Assembly (NCBI GenBank): GCA_965649765.1
Contig: OZ287755.1
Coordinates: forward strand, 23,188,001-23,252,000
Reading direction: 5' to 3'
DNA: 64,000 bases
Source: Bispira polyomma
Lineage: Eukaryota
Under the pieces are notes generated by a model, which worked only from the letters and a program-made list of their open reading frames with translations, ran no database searches and was not told where the DNA came from. This document shows, piece after piece, positions 11,775 through 23,578 of the stretch (the first letter of the stretch is position 1; every line of letters begins with the position of its first letter). The translations under genes were made by a program, and so were the position numbers.

Positions 11775-13362
11775 GTTTGCTGCGTTTGACACAATTGATT
11801 ATAATTACTCTCTGAATGTCTCAGTACTTGATTTGGCCTATCAGACTCTGTTCTTCAATGAATTGAATCTGATCTAGACCGCCGTGATAAAATCACCAGG
11901 TTCAGTGGAGCAAAGTAATCCACTTTTGATCTTCCATTAGGTGCCCCACAGGGTTTTGTGCTTGGGCCTCTACTGGTTTCATGGTGCACAACTGTCAGCT
12001 ATAACTTTTATGCATGATACACAAATCTACTGCTCCCTCACCCTAAACTTGTTCCCAGGTCCTGGAACAGCTTCCTAGCTATTGAATCTTGGATCAATTA
12101 TTCTAAATTGTAATTATTCACTGCCACAACAGAATTTCCACTTATTGGCTTCAAACATCACAGGCAAAAAATTCTAAAGTTCTTTCCTGCAACTCTCCTC
12201 GGTAACAGCCAGGGGCCGCAGTGGCCTAGTGGTTAGCAAGCATTGCACTTCACAATCACTGGTCTCTCACCTCTGGGCAGTGTGAGTTCGAATCCCGTCG
12301 ATACCTATGTGGGAAAGGTAGTACATGTAGTTCCTTACTGTGGGCCGGTGGTTTCTCTGCAGAACCTTGGCCGACTGTATGCAGTGTTTCCTCCAGTGTT
12401 TCCAACTACCCGTCCCAATATAACTTACTAAAAGGTACTAGAGTGGATGTTAAATATCCAAATTCAAATTCAACTCGGTAACAGCACTCTTCCTGGCCGA
12501 CAATGCCAAAAACCTGGAAGTCACTTTTGACTCTGATTTCTCCTTTAAAAAACATGTTTTCATCATCTGTCGATCCTGCTACTGCAACATCTGTGACAAG
12601 GATTCGTCAACACCTAAGTCTGGAAAATGCTGTGGCAGTTGCAAACGCCCTAATGTCAAGTCAACTTGACTACTGCAACTGACTACTATATGGAATTAGA
12701 CAGGGCCAATAAACAAGCTGCAAAAAAACCCCCCAAAAAACACCTATGAAGAATTGTTTTCCATGTTGGTCCCCCTCACATACAACACCTCTGCTTAAAA
12801 AATTGCATTGGCTGCCAATTAAGTTCCATATTAACTTCAAGGTAATTGTCCTCATTTTTAAGACTGTCCATGTGCAGCAACCTGCCTACTTATCATCTAA
12901 GGTGTCTATCAGCTATCTCACTAGAGGTAAACGTCTTTCCGCTTCTGTTTTATTACCCAAAAAGCTGGCTGGTTCCAAATAATTTAAAGTTGCATCACCT
13001 GCTAAGTGGAATGGTCTCCCTATTAGTCAAGGATCACACGTTTCAGGAAAAAGCTCGAAACAAATCTGTTCCAATTCGCTTTTTCACCTTAACATTCGTC
13101 TGCTGATTATTAAGTGCGCCACAGAGGATGCATGGTCATCGATTTGTGGCACTATAGAAGTAACAATATGAACATAAATACCTGCTAAGTGGAATGGTCT
13201 CCCTATTAGTCAAGGATCACACGTTTCAGGAAAAAGCTCGAAACAAATCTGTTCCAATTCGCTTTTTCACCTTAACATTCGTCTGCTGATTATTATGTGC
13301 GCCACAGAGGATGCATGGTCATCAATTTGTGGCACTATAGAAGTAACAATATGAACATAAAT
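11775..13362 (+). mobile_element. Decayed 5'-truncated L2-clade LINE with duplicated 3' end
   Basis: Remnant motifs AAFDTID, G.PQG.VLGP, YA(D)DTQIY, KNL.VTFDSD, LDYCN and HTTPLLKKLHWLP. The last 183 bp are tandemly duplicated (12997-13179, 13180-13362). Confidence 0.8.
12210..12473 (+). mobile_element. tRNA-derived SINE inserted in the L2 relic
   Basis: A box tggcctagtgg, B box gttcgaatcc, (caaatt)n tail, 12-bp TSD ctcggtaacagc (12198-12209, 12474-12485). Confidence 0.88.
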
Positions 13363-14322
13363 AAAGTTTCTACAGAGTCAATAAAATAGTAAAACTACCC
13401 GTCATATCATTTTTTAACATGCACACTACAAGGGTTATTATACTTTTATTGTCCACTTACAAATGGCATTAGTATGCTCATACAGGTGAAAATACACACA
13501 AGCAATCAAAAACACTCAAATGTTCAAAACTCACGACAAACTACACAATATATGAACAAAAGGTACTGGCTTCAATTGTCAAAAAACTGCTATTTTCAAA
13601 TTCTGTCAAAAAACATATTAATTAAACTTGCAAGCAACATACAACCACTTGTGACTTTACCTGCATGGGTAATATTCTTAAAACTGTGAGACTACCTTAT
13701 GTTTTTATACATTATGTGACTATAAAATCTGTCTGCGTTTAGGCTTCTCTGATTCACACCAGGAGTTCCAGAAACCTGGAGATTGCCCTGGAACCAGAAG
13801 CAGCATCCATGTGTTGTCGTAGTTTGAATGTGGATGGGTTTGCACAAGAAAGCTCCACTGATTCGGGATTTAAAAGGGGAGTCAAGTACCTAGTGATTGA
13901 TGCAGGAGGTAAATCGATATGTTTTATAAAGGCTAGCCTCTCAAATCCGTTCTGTGGTGTTGTGGTGCCAATCAAATGTACTTGTTATTGATAGCTTAAA
14001 AACAATCTGGATTTCGGGTTTAATATTATGTATCAGTTGGCAAATACCATTTGTAGATCTAGCTCTGTTTCCATAAATCCTTAAAATGAAGTAGATCTAC
14101 CTCTCTCTGTGAGTGATTTTAGCAGTTTTATCTGCAAGAAGCATATAATTAGCTAACAGGTATGGAAATATGTAAAAAGCTTTATCTAAATCTATAATTT
14201 AACCAGCCAAACAATCAAATGTATAGAAAATGATTCTACTGATTCCTGAATGTTATAAATGTTAGACACTTTAGTTACATACATATTTTTTATGTTTCAA
14301 TAAAACTACTCGAGATGTAATG

Positions 14323-14474
14323 CAGTAGAACCTCTATTATCTGAACAACAAAATAATATAAAAGAGGAGTTTTAGTATAAACAAAAACAGGAAGTATAAA
14401 TTTAGGAAAGTGGAAATATGACCAGAAAATTGGATATATGGATAATGCAAGTTTTGATAATAAAGTTTTTACTG
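14323..14474. mobile_element. Short Tc1/mariner-like MITE (related copies near 1723-1905, ending near 3935, and ending near 54838)
   Basis: Imperfect TIRs cagtagaacctctattatctgaac / gttttgataataaagtttttactg. Other copies end in ..gataatagaggttctactg|ta. Confidence 0.55.
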
Positions 14475-17400
14475 TGTAAAATAGTTTGATATTTGCTGAC
14501 AGGTGGAACTGTAGATATCACAGCCCATGAGGTTCTGTCTGAAGGACGGGTGAAGGAAATCTACCGTGCCAATGGTGGTCCTTGGGGTGGTACCAATGTG
14601 GACAAAGAATTTCTACAACTGCTGATGAACATTTTTGGAGCATGTTACATGGAAAGTTATCAAAGAGATTGTCCGCGACAGTTCTTAGACCTTATGTTAA
14701 AGTTTGAATCAGCCAAAAAAGCAGTTAATCCCGACAAGTCACGAAAAATTACCCTTCCTCTGACCTGGCATATGGCCAACAAGTTTCAGAATGTTACGGG
14801 GAAGTGTTTAGAACAAACGATCAAGGCGGCTTCAGCACTGGGTGTGTCATTTGTCAGTGGTTCACTGGCCATCAACCAGACACTGTGAAGAGGATGTTTG
14901 AGGTAGTCATACAACAGACTATTGAACATCTAGAGACCATCATTCAAGAAGCTGTCCTAGCCAGCTGTCAGTTCTTCCTTCTAGTGGGTGGTTTTGGGGA
15001 GTGTATATTCCTGCAGAAGGCAATAAAAGACAAGTTTGAACCAGGAGTGAAGGTTTTGGTACCTCTAGAGGCCCAGATGTCTGTCATTAAAGGAGCGGTC
15101 ATGTTTGGTCACTGTCCAACCAACATCAAGAGTCGCATAGCCAGGAGAACATATGGTGACAAGAATATAGTGCCCTTTGTTCCAGAAGTCCATGACCCTG
15201 ACTACAAGGTCCCTGGCCGGCCTAAGTGCAGGGACGTATTTGTTCCTTATGTACAAATTGGTGATGATGTAGAAACAGGCAGTGTAAAGTCTTTTAACAT
15301 ACATCCACACCATGCTTGTCAGAAGACAATGCTGACTGAGATTTATGTTGTGAACCGCAAGGTTTCTCATTATTTACCCGAGTACGTGGACAAGCCTGGG
15401 TTTGAGAAGGTTGGAGAGTTTTCTGTGACTATGCCGGACACCTCTAAAGGTCTAGATAGACAAGTCAAGTTTGAGGTGAAGTTTGGAGGGACAGAGATTC
15501 AGGTTAGGGCTACAGCTCACCAGTCAGGCAATGAGGCAGAAACCACTATTGACTTTCTTACTGGTTAAAGACATGTTGCTATTGTTATCATAATTACCTC
15601 AAATTGCCTTTCAACAAGCGATAGATAAATTACAAGAGACTGGATTTGAATTTGATTATTAAACTGATATTGTGAAAATTCACAATTGTAACATTTTTCA
15701 GGTAAAATTGCAATAAAATTGTATATTATTTCAAACCAAGTAAAAATCTATGAATTAGATACCATAACTGTAAACTTTCAAATACGTTGTGTATGAACTC
15801 TTTGGATGTATGTTAACAACTGGCCATATTGATGTATAATTAAACCACATAAATATACCTGATAAACCCCCCAGAGATTGTTTTACATTGTTGTGTGTAC
15901 TACTTTCTTTAATATTTTCTTTAGTTGTCGTAACAAAATTTTTGGTGATATATATGTATGCATATATGTATGAGTGGCAAAGTTGTGGCTAGAAGCAACA
16001 CTATAATTGGAATTCTCCCATATCAGAGAATGTTCTCTTCAGGAAATAGTCGATAAAGACTGGGAAAATTATACTTTAGCAAAACTGAATGGGTGATAAT
16101 ATGTGTGGTCCATTTCCAAGTGAATTAAGCAAATTGTTATGTAAACACCAGTTTAAACCAGTTACGGTCAATAAACAAGTGAGTGAAAATGCCTAGTTGT
16201 GATGTCCCCCTCATGAAGAGTGCCCACTCAATGCTAAAGGAGATGAGGGTGACATTGGTTTCGGGGACAACATGTTTTGTAAAGCATGTATGAAAGAACA
16301 GAGGGAGTATATAAAAGGTTTAAGGAGTGTCAGCAAGAGGTCAAGTAATACCGGGAACAACGAGGCAGTGTAAAATAAATGTGCTGGAAAACAGGGACCT
16401 AGAACAAACAGCAGTGCTGATGATGCAAGTGTTTCAATGGACAAGGTTCTGATGCAGCCTGTGAATGCTTATGTTGGGTTTTTATTAAACAGTAGTACCC
16501 TGGTTAATGTCAGACAGGCTACTTTGGAATTGTTTCAGTGAGGAACAGATTACTCAAGGATGATTTGTGGTCACACTGTGGCGCAGGAGTAATTGGAGAA
16601 AACAACTTCACGAACTACCAGGAAAGCAAACTTAGCTATTTTAATGCATTTTGACTTCTTAAAAGCATTTACAAAATAGTAACCTGTCTGCAATTATTGA
16701 AGAAAGGCAAGGTTACACCATAATTGTTGGGGGTGACTTCAATATAAGTTGAGATAAACCAGGTTATAATTTAGAAATGTTAAAGTCCTTCATGGAGAAA
16801 GAAAATGAACAGTGTAGAAAAGAAGAAAAGTAACATAAAATTTACTTTTAAGAGCAACGCAACCATGATTAATTCTGTTATGTATGATATTCGTGTATAT
16901 GTTTTACTTCATGATAGGGGCAATTTATAAGACCATTCTCCAGTATATATGTCATTCAGACAAATAGTTCAAATAAAATTAATTTTCAATGCTCCAATGG
17001 CTCCCATCTACCATTTTATAATGAAATCTAGTGTAATAATTCCAGTCAGATGGCAGATCATGTCAGCATAAGTCAAGTCCTTGTTAGATAGTTTATTGCA
17101 GAATGTATGCATCTCCACCAGCATTTTGTACTGTAATAACATTCAGTCTATTTATCCCAATCACATTGAAGATATTGAGGTATTTCACAGCAAGTGTTGT
17201 ACTTACTTTCCTAACAGATCTAGTGCTAAATATCATTACTATCTTCGTAAATAGATATTCGTAAATTAGAGAAAAGTATTCTGGCGAATAATATGGCAGA
17301 ACGTCTTATGGTAATTATACAGAGTTCTGGTCAAAGGTGAAGCACATTAATAGTACTGGTGTTCCCTTGCCTACTACAGTTGATAATGTCATTGGTAGTC

Positions 17401-17988
17401 ATAACATCAGTCAAGTTAATGCAAACATGTTAAGTACAAGTTCTTGTACAAATCTGTACCCTATAGTGTGTGTGGTAGCCCGGCAGGGGCTAGTAAGGTC
17501 AGTGCTAGGTAGGGACCTTCTTAAGAACTTTTCTGGTCGGCATGACCCCACTTCTGATTGGTAGTAATTAAGCTAATTTACACAGCTTTCCCGCCAAATA
17601 GCCAAAGGGGTTCACTTACTAAAGTCAACAAGGCAACAGCCATTTTAGAAAAAAGAAATATTTTTACACTTGTTTTAATTTTCTTGTTTATATTATGTTA
17701 CTGTGTATTATTTGAAACTTTTGAAAACTCAAGAGGAATCTTCACCCACTTGTGGATCCTACTGGAGTGTTGTGGATGACGTTATGCTTTGATATATGTG
17801 CTTATTGCTCTGACTGATTGTGGGAGCAAATTGTTAAGGGACGTACTCACATACTTCTACTATCACCTTTATTCTAGTCATTTTACAGTTTATTTCTACA
17901 TTCAAGTCTTGCAGTCGCACATATCAAAGCACGGACTGTGTATTTTCTATTTCAGTGACATTATATCTTTATGAACTAATAAACAGAG

Positions 17989-19166
17989 ATGGCACCTCGT
18001 AAACAATTTAACTGTACGGCATGCAACACAAAGCATACCAAGCCCATAAATGATCGGTGTCCGTGGCAGGATGTAGACAGTGAAACCGAGGATAAAGACA
18101 CTGATAGTACTATGTCAGCTACCGAAGTTAACTTGAGAATATTGCATGAACTTAAAGAATTAGGTACCAGAATGACTAAGGTCGAGAAACAGGTGGAAAC
18201 TGGAGGACAGTGTGTTAATTCCCCCAGACAGGAGGTACCAGTGAATAACATTCAGGCAGTTAATAACACACAACTACCACAGCAGCAGGCAGCCGGGTAC
18301 CCACAGGCGTTTGGCAGGCAGCAGGCTCTGCAGCAACCCACACAGGTGTTTAGCAAGCAGCAGGTGGTACAGCCATCTCAGGAAGCACAGGCATTTGGCA
18401 GGCAGCAGGCTCTGCAGCACCCTCAGGAAGCACAGGCATTTGGCAGGCAGCAGAACCAATGGCTGACTGACGCAGATGACCTGGTAGTCCCCTCCGTTGA
18501 GACGTTATGAAACGCAGACCAGTTGCAAGAGGCAGTTGACTGCAGGCTGAAGGGCCTACAAAGAATCAATGAGACAGGTAATGTTAAGTCTCAAAGGGGG
18601 GGGGCACAGAAACAGTCTGGGTCAAACAGCATGTACCATGGCCCCAAAATTTTATACTCGGTGGTCAAAGTAAAACTCGTATGTTGTATGACAATCTTTC
18701 AATGGCCCAGTGGGTCTCAGGTTTTAGCACAATCATAAAAGAAGGAAGTAACTTGGATGTAAAAAATGCAATGCTTGAGTATCTGTCAGAAATGATGGAA
18801 GATTGCCATGACTTTAGTTGGTTGGCTGCAAAAGGTAGTCACGCAGTCCTCTTATGTAAGATTGAGGAAGGGAAAATATCCTGGCTAGAAACTCACAAAA
18901 CTGATAGGGTCAGACGAGCTCATGCTCAAAAGAATGTTTCTTCTCAAAATTCAGCCCACTCTCAGGGGAGTGAAAAGGGTAATAGCAATGGTATGCCCTG
19001 TAAATACTATCAAAAAGGCACTTGCCCTCATAAAGGTGACCACAAAAGTAGTGGCAAACTGTATTTACATGTATGTGCAACCTGTACTGCTGTAGGTAAA
19101 AATCTCCCTCACCCAGAGAAAGACTGTAGGAGAAAGGCTAGTACCAATGTAGCAAAAAACGACTAA
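17989..19166 (+). pseudogene. E2 gag-like ORF1 (stop at 18508-18510, frameshift at G-run ~18600)
   Basis: N-terminal CxxC..H....C as in E3 gag; IEEGKISW; C-terminal CKYYQKGTC..H..HVCATC..H..C. Confidence 0.82.
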
Positions 19167-19177
19167 GGCACTGCAAA

Positions 19178-21769
19178 ATGGCAGTGCACTCATTTAGCCC
19201 AGCTAAACAATGTAACAACTCCAGACTGAATCTAGATAGCAAAACAGGTTGGACAAAGTATTTTGGTGCTAGAAATGTTTTTAATTCATGCAGTGGCAAT
19301 GGCAAAAGTGAAAATTGGAGAGCTGACTGGGCTAAATTTACAAAACTTATGCTCAAGTGGTAAGCCAAGGTAAGGGCAGCCTACGACAGGCTAACAGTCA
19401 TGTCAATAATAACAAGACATATCAAATCAAAAACAGCAAAACCAATTTTCACGTTAAAGCCATAGCAAAGGTTAGTGAAGTCAAGCATATGAATCAAACT
19501 AACGCCTGTCAGTTCAATGGCAAAAGTCACAGTAGAAGGAAAGTAGGTGTAAATAAGCCATTCAGGTGTCAGCCACCTACTAACCAAAATAATGGAGTTA
19601 TGGTTCAAAATCTTCACCCACTTGTGTCGCTTGATGAATCAAAAACCCCTGAAAGTGTTAAATGTCATAGTCCACACAATGACCAGTTCAAGATAGTCAG
19701 TAAGGTAAACAAAAATACTTGTGAAGTACAAGAGGATAAGTACAACCTCCAACTCCAGGTAAAAAATAAACACAAAGAAATAGTGGCAACGGCTAAAGAT
19801 CAGGATATTTTTAAAAAATGGAATAGCCAAACTCGAAGTAAGTTTGGTTTTATTCCCCTTAGTGATCTTAAAAGCCCCAGTACTGATAAACCGACTACAC
19901 ACAATCTCTCGGCTATTCAGTTGCACACTGAAGTTAAATCTAGCAACGAGTTCAACTTTATGGACAAGCAAATGGTAGTTCACTCACAATTGAATTATGA
20001 GTGAAGGAAAAAGTTACTAAACAGATACTGGAATACCCAGCTACCTTACCTTATCCGATACAGATTTCCATTAGATTTTGACAGGAAGTGTGAATTAAAA
20101 CATAAGGAGCAAAACCACCATTCAGGGTGTGAATATACAGGCGATGTTACAGCATACCTACAAGAAGAAAGTGATCATGGTGCAATCATAGACCCGTTTA
20201 ACGGACCCCCAATAGAAGGGTTACATATTTCGCCTTTCATGACTAGGGAAAAGCCGGGCGCCCCTCACAGAATGGTTATTATTGACCTTAGCTTTCCAAA
20301 AGGACAGTCGGTAACACTGCAATACATCCAAATCTGTACTTAGGCACAGAATTTCTACTAACACTCCCTACAATTGATGACATAACGAATGAAATAATTA
20401 AATTGGGCAAAAAAGCACTTATATATAAGCTGGACATAAGTCGCGCTTTCTGTCATGTGAAGTTATATCCAGCAGAGTATGATTTACAAGGGCTTAAGTT
20501 GGACAAATACTACGTCGACATGTGCCTGCTGTTTGGTTACAGACATGGAAGTGCGATGTTTCAGCGTTTAAGTGACGCAATGCGTTATATTATGCGTGTC
20601 AAAGGCTATGACGTCACAAATTATACAGATGACGTCATTGGTTACGGCAATGCCCCAGACGTCCATGACACCTATGAGACTCTATACAATCTGGTTCAGG
20701 ACCTAGGTTTTACCATTAGTACTAAAAAATTGGTAGCTCCCAGTACCAAAGTCGTTTGCCTAGGAGTCTTAATTGACACAGACAATTTTAAGGTAGAAGT
20801 GCCGCCAGAAAAATTGCCCAAACACTTCAGTTATGTAGCAGTTGGGTAGGCAAAAAGCAATGTTCTAAGTGAGAATTGCAGTCACTGCTAGGCTCGCTCC
20901 TCTGTATATCAAAATATCTTCGAATAGCACAAATCTTCCTCAATAGGATGTTGGACATCCTGCCCAGTGCCTCTGACGCCAAACATATAAGCTTACAGCT
21001 TCCTTTCTACCATGTGAAGCGTGAAAGGGAGTTGCGCGCCTTTCCGCCGGATGCTACGGGGTGGGTTAATACTCAATCTGGTTGCTTGCTGATCAACCAG
21101 CTGTTAACCCCCCTACCCTTACGACCTTGCTATGCCCATGGACTTTATGATTGGATCACTGATTCTTCTGTTGCGCTTTAGGAGATGCCTGGCCTCAATA
21201 AAGCGCGTTAAAAATGCATTATTATTATTATTATTTCTTTCAAGATCTAAATTGGTTTAATAAATTTACCCAAAAATTCAATGGTAAGGCATTTTTTAAC
21301 ATAGCCCTGTCACTGACCAAATCGAGCTAGATGCTTGCCTCATAGGTCTAGGAGGAAGATGCAATAATGTGGTATACACAAAAATCCTACCTCTCAATTA
21401 CCTAGAAATGAATATAGCTCATCTTGAAATGTTAAACATCCTGGTAGCTCTCCACCTTTGGTGAAATACATGGCAAGGCAAAAAACTAGTCGTACACTGC
21501 GACAATCAGGCTTGGTAACAATCTTAAACTCAGGCAAAACCAAGGACTTGACACTCGCAGCAATAGCTCGCAATATTTTTATGGAAGTAGCAAAGGCAAA
21601 TATTAACCTAAGGCCTGTACATATATTAGGTAAATTGAATGCCACAGCTGACTTGTTGTCAAGGTGGCACAAAGTCCCTGAACCAGACATGAAATTACAA
21701 CAATTAATACCAGAACCTCAATGGGTGGACGTTTCTGATGAGATATTAGCAATTGACTGTAGTATTTAA
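19178..21769 (+). pseudogene. E2 pol (RT/RNase H), many stops/frameshifts, interrupted by a retroposon insert
   Basis: KLDISRAF, FGYRHGS, YTDD, VCLGV, SLLGSLL and HILGKLNATADLLSR are spread across several frames. The start is approximate. Confidence 0.82.
21009..21233 (+). mobile_element. Short 5'-truncated non-LTR retroposon fragment inserted in E2 pol
   Basis: 5-bp TSD tttct (21004-21008, 21234-21238), AATAAA, (TTA)n tail. Removing it restores PFFQDLNWF. A related copy lies at ~60541-60750 (-). Confidence 0.82.
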
Positions 21770-21779
21770 TCTATTTCAG

Positions 21780-22787
21780 ATGTATCTCCCCTGGTGTTAC
21801 AATTGGCTGATCAAGCAGCCCACACGGCACGTCTGGCCTTCAGATCTGCAACCCAGCAGGCTTATCACAGCATGTTTAGGGTCTTCCTGGCCTTCACCAT
21901 ATTTGCAAATGTTAACATTAACCAACTTTCTCCCATAGTATTACTTTCCTTCTTGCAGGTTCTGATTTCAAGTAAGGTTTCACAACCCTCCATTGCCAAT
22001 TACCTAGCCGCTATTAAAGCTAAACTCAGTTTATATGGAATTAGTGTGTCTGCATTTACAGACCCTCGGGTGAAATATTTGCAAAAAGCACTGTCACTGC
22101 AAAAACCGTTTAAGGCAAAAATTAACAAAGTCATTGACATTCCACTGTTAACCCAGATAGTGCAAATATGTGACACAATGTATATGGGACAAATCTTCAA
22201 GGCAGCCTGTTTACTGGGCTTCTTTTCTTTCCTCAGAATATCAAACTTAGTTCCCCACACTCTGAGCTCCTTTAACCCTTTTAGAACAATTGGCCAGGGC
22301 AGATGTTCTATTTGCTCCCCCCGGCCTTCACATAATACTCAAGTGGTCCATTCAGGATAGGAACTCTATAAAAATTTATCAAAGTCCCTCAGATTTTTAA
22401 TTCCCCTTTATGCCCAGTCACGGCTACTAAAAATGCTTTATCTCTCTCCCTTGGACACAGGAATTCCCCTCTGTTACAGTTTAAAACTCCAAAAGGTTGG
22501 GTTCCCCTGACCGACTCAAAATTAAGGTAAACCTTAAGCAAATCCTCTCAAGGCTCAGCCTCTCAGACTCCCCTATAACCTTCCATGATTTCAGGTGCTC
22601 AGGTGCCACTCTGGCCTTCAATAATCATGTTCTTCTCCAAGATATCCAAAGCCATGGCACTTGGACCTCAGATTGTGTTTGGAAATATATTACAAAAGAT
22701 CATGAAGCTTCGGACCAAGTGGCCATGGCTTTCCAAACCTACTCTCTTCCCCTACACTCTAATTGGGGTTTGGTGCTATCTTTTTAA
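21780..22787 (+). pseudogene. E2 tyrosine recombinase, frameshifted
   Basis: FLRISNL, HDFRCSGA and HGTWTSDCVWKY in ORFs 21794-22360 and 22497-22787. Confidence 0.85.
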
Positions 22788-23431
22788 TTATTCATATACT
22801 CAAAATACTATATTCATGTTATTCCAGACTAAGGTCACCTCTTTTCAAAACTTAAACTCGAAATTAATCTAAACCTTTAAGGTTATCCTAACTTAAATCA
22901 CCATCTTAATTTAAGATGGCCTCAAACTTATCATCTAGTACCTTATGCTAAGATTACCTCAAACTAAAATCTTTCACTTTAGGGTAACCTTAATATTTCA
23001 TCCTAACTTAACAGTTTAAGGTTGACCTTTCGACCACCTTAAACTTTGGTGATCTTAGTTTGTAAATAAATAAAGTAGAATAACCATTAGAATAATAATT
23101 TCCCCAATGGCTATTTTCACTGTCTTACCTACAATCCAAGGTCACCTTAGGGCACTGTGTGTGGTAGCCCGGGAGGGGCTAGTAAGGTCAGTGCTAGGTA
23201 GGGACCTTCTTAAGAGCTTTTCTGGTCGGCATGACCCCACTTCTGATTGGTAGTAATTAACCTAATTTACACAGCTTTCCCGTCAAATAGCCAAAGGGGT
23301 TCACTTACTAAACTAAAGTCAACAAGGCAACAAGCCATGTTAGAAAAAAGAAATATTTTTACACTTCCCACCCTCATCCCCTACTTACACCTGTAGTTCG
23401 ATTATAACTTTGTCCAGGAGCAAATTGCAGA

Positions 23432-23578
23432 AGGTGGGGCCCCTGTTCTCTCACTTTAGGCCCTTATGCGCAGGGGAGGGCAAGGGTTCTTGGGGTGGGG
23501 CTTTGACCAGTCAGCAGCATAGCTCGACTGCAGTCCTGCACTCCGTCTTTCCCTTGGGGGCCCTCAGGGCTCCCACCT
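23432..23578 (+). ncRNA. Putative rod-like hairpin RNA in the A2-B2 spacer of E2
   Basis: GC-rich island with nested stems aggtggggcccctg/cagggctcccacct, ggccctt/gggggcc, ggggtg/cactcc and cagtc/gactg, with GU pairs on the sense strand. Confidence 0.5.

Larger units (their letters stand above)
1605..15568 (+). pseudogene. HSPA12: HSPA12-like gene copy 1 (first coding exon upstream of window; 1-nt frameshift in last exon, either a pseudogene or a sequence error)
   Basis: GT-AG exons 1605-1683 (YRHFKMLL), 3260-3384 (ALDIFVMSLRYLKDHL), 11383-11473 (KWIITVPAIW..AKQFMREAA), 13743-13908 (IALEPEAAS..YLVIDAG) and 14503-15568 (GGTVDIT, GGPWGGT, LVGGFGE, KGAVMFG, FGGTEI). Exon phases match copies 2 and 3. 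The frame shifts near 14875 between ORFs 14493-14888 and 14804-15568. Confidence 0.85.

Noticed and set aside
12210-12300. tRNA gene
   Set aside because: A and B boxes are present but there is no clean cloverleaf; it has a body, tail and TSD, so it is a SINE.
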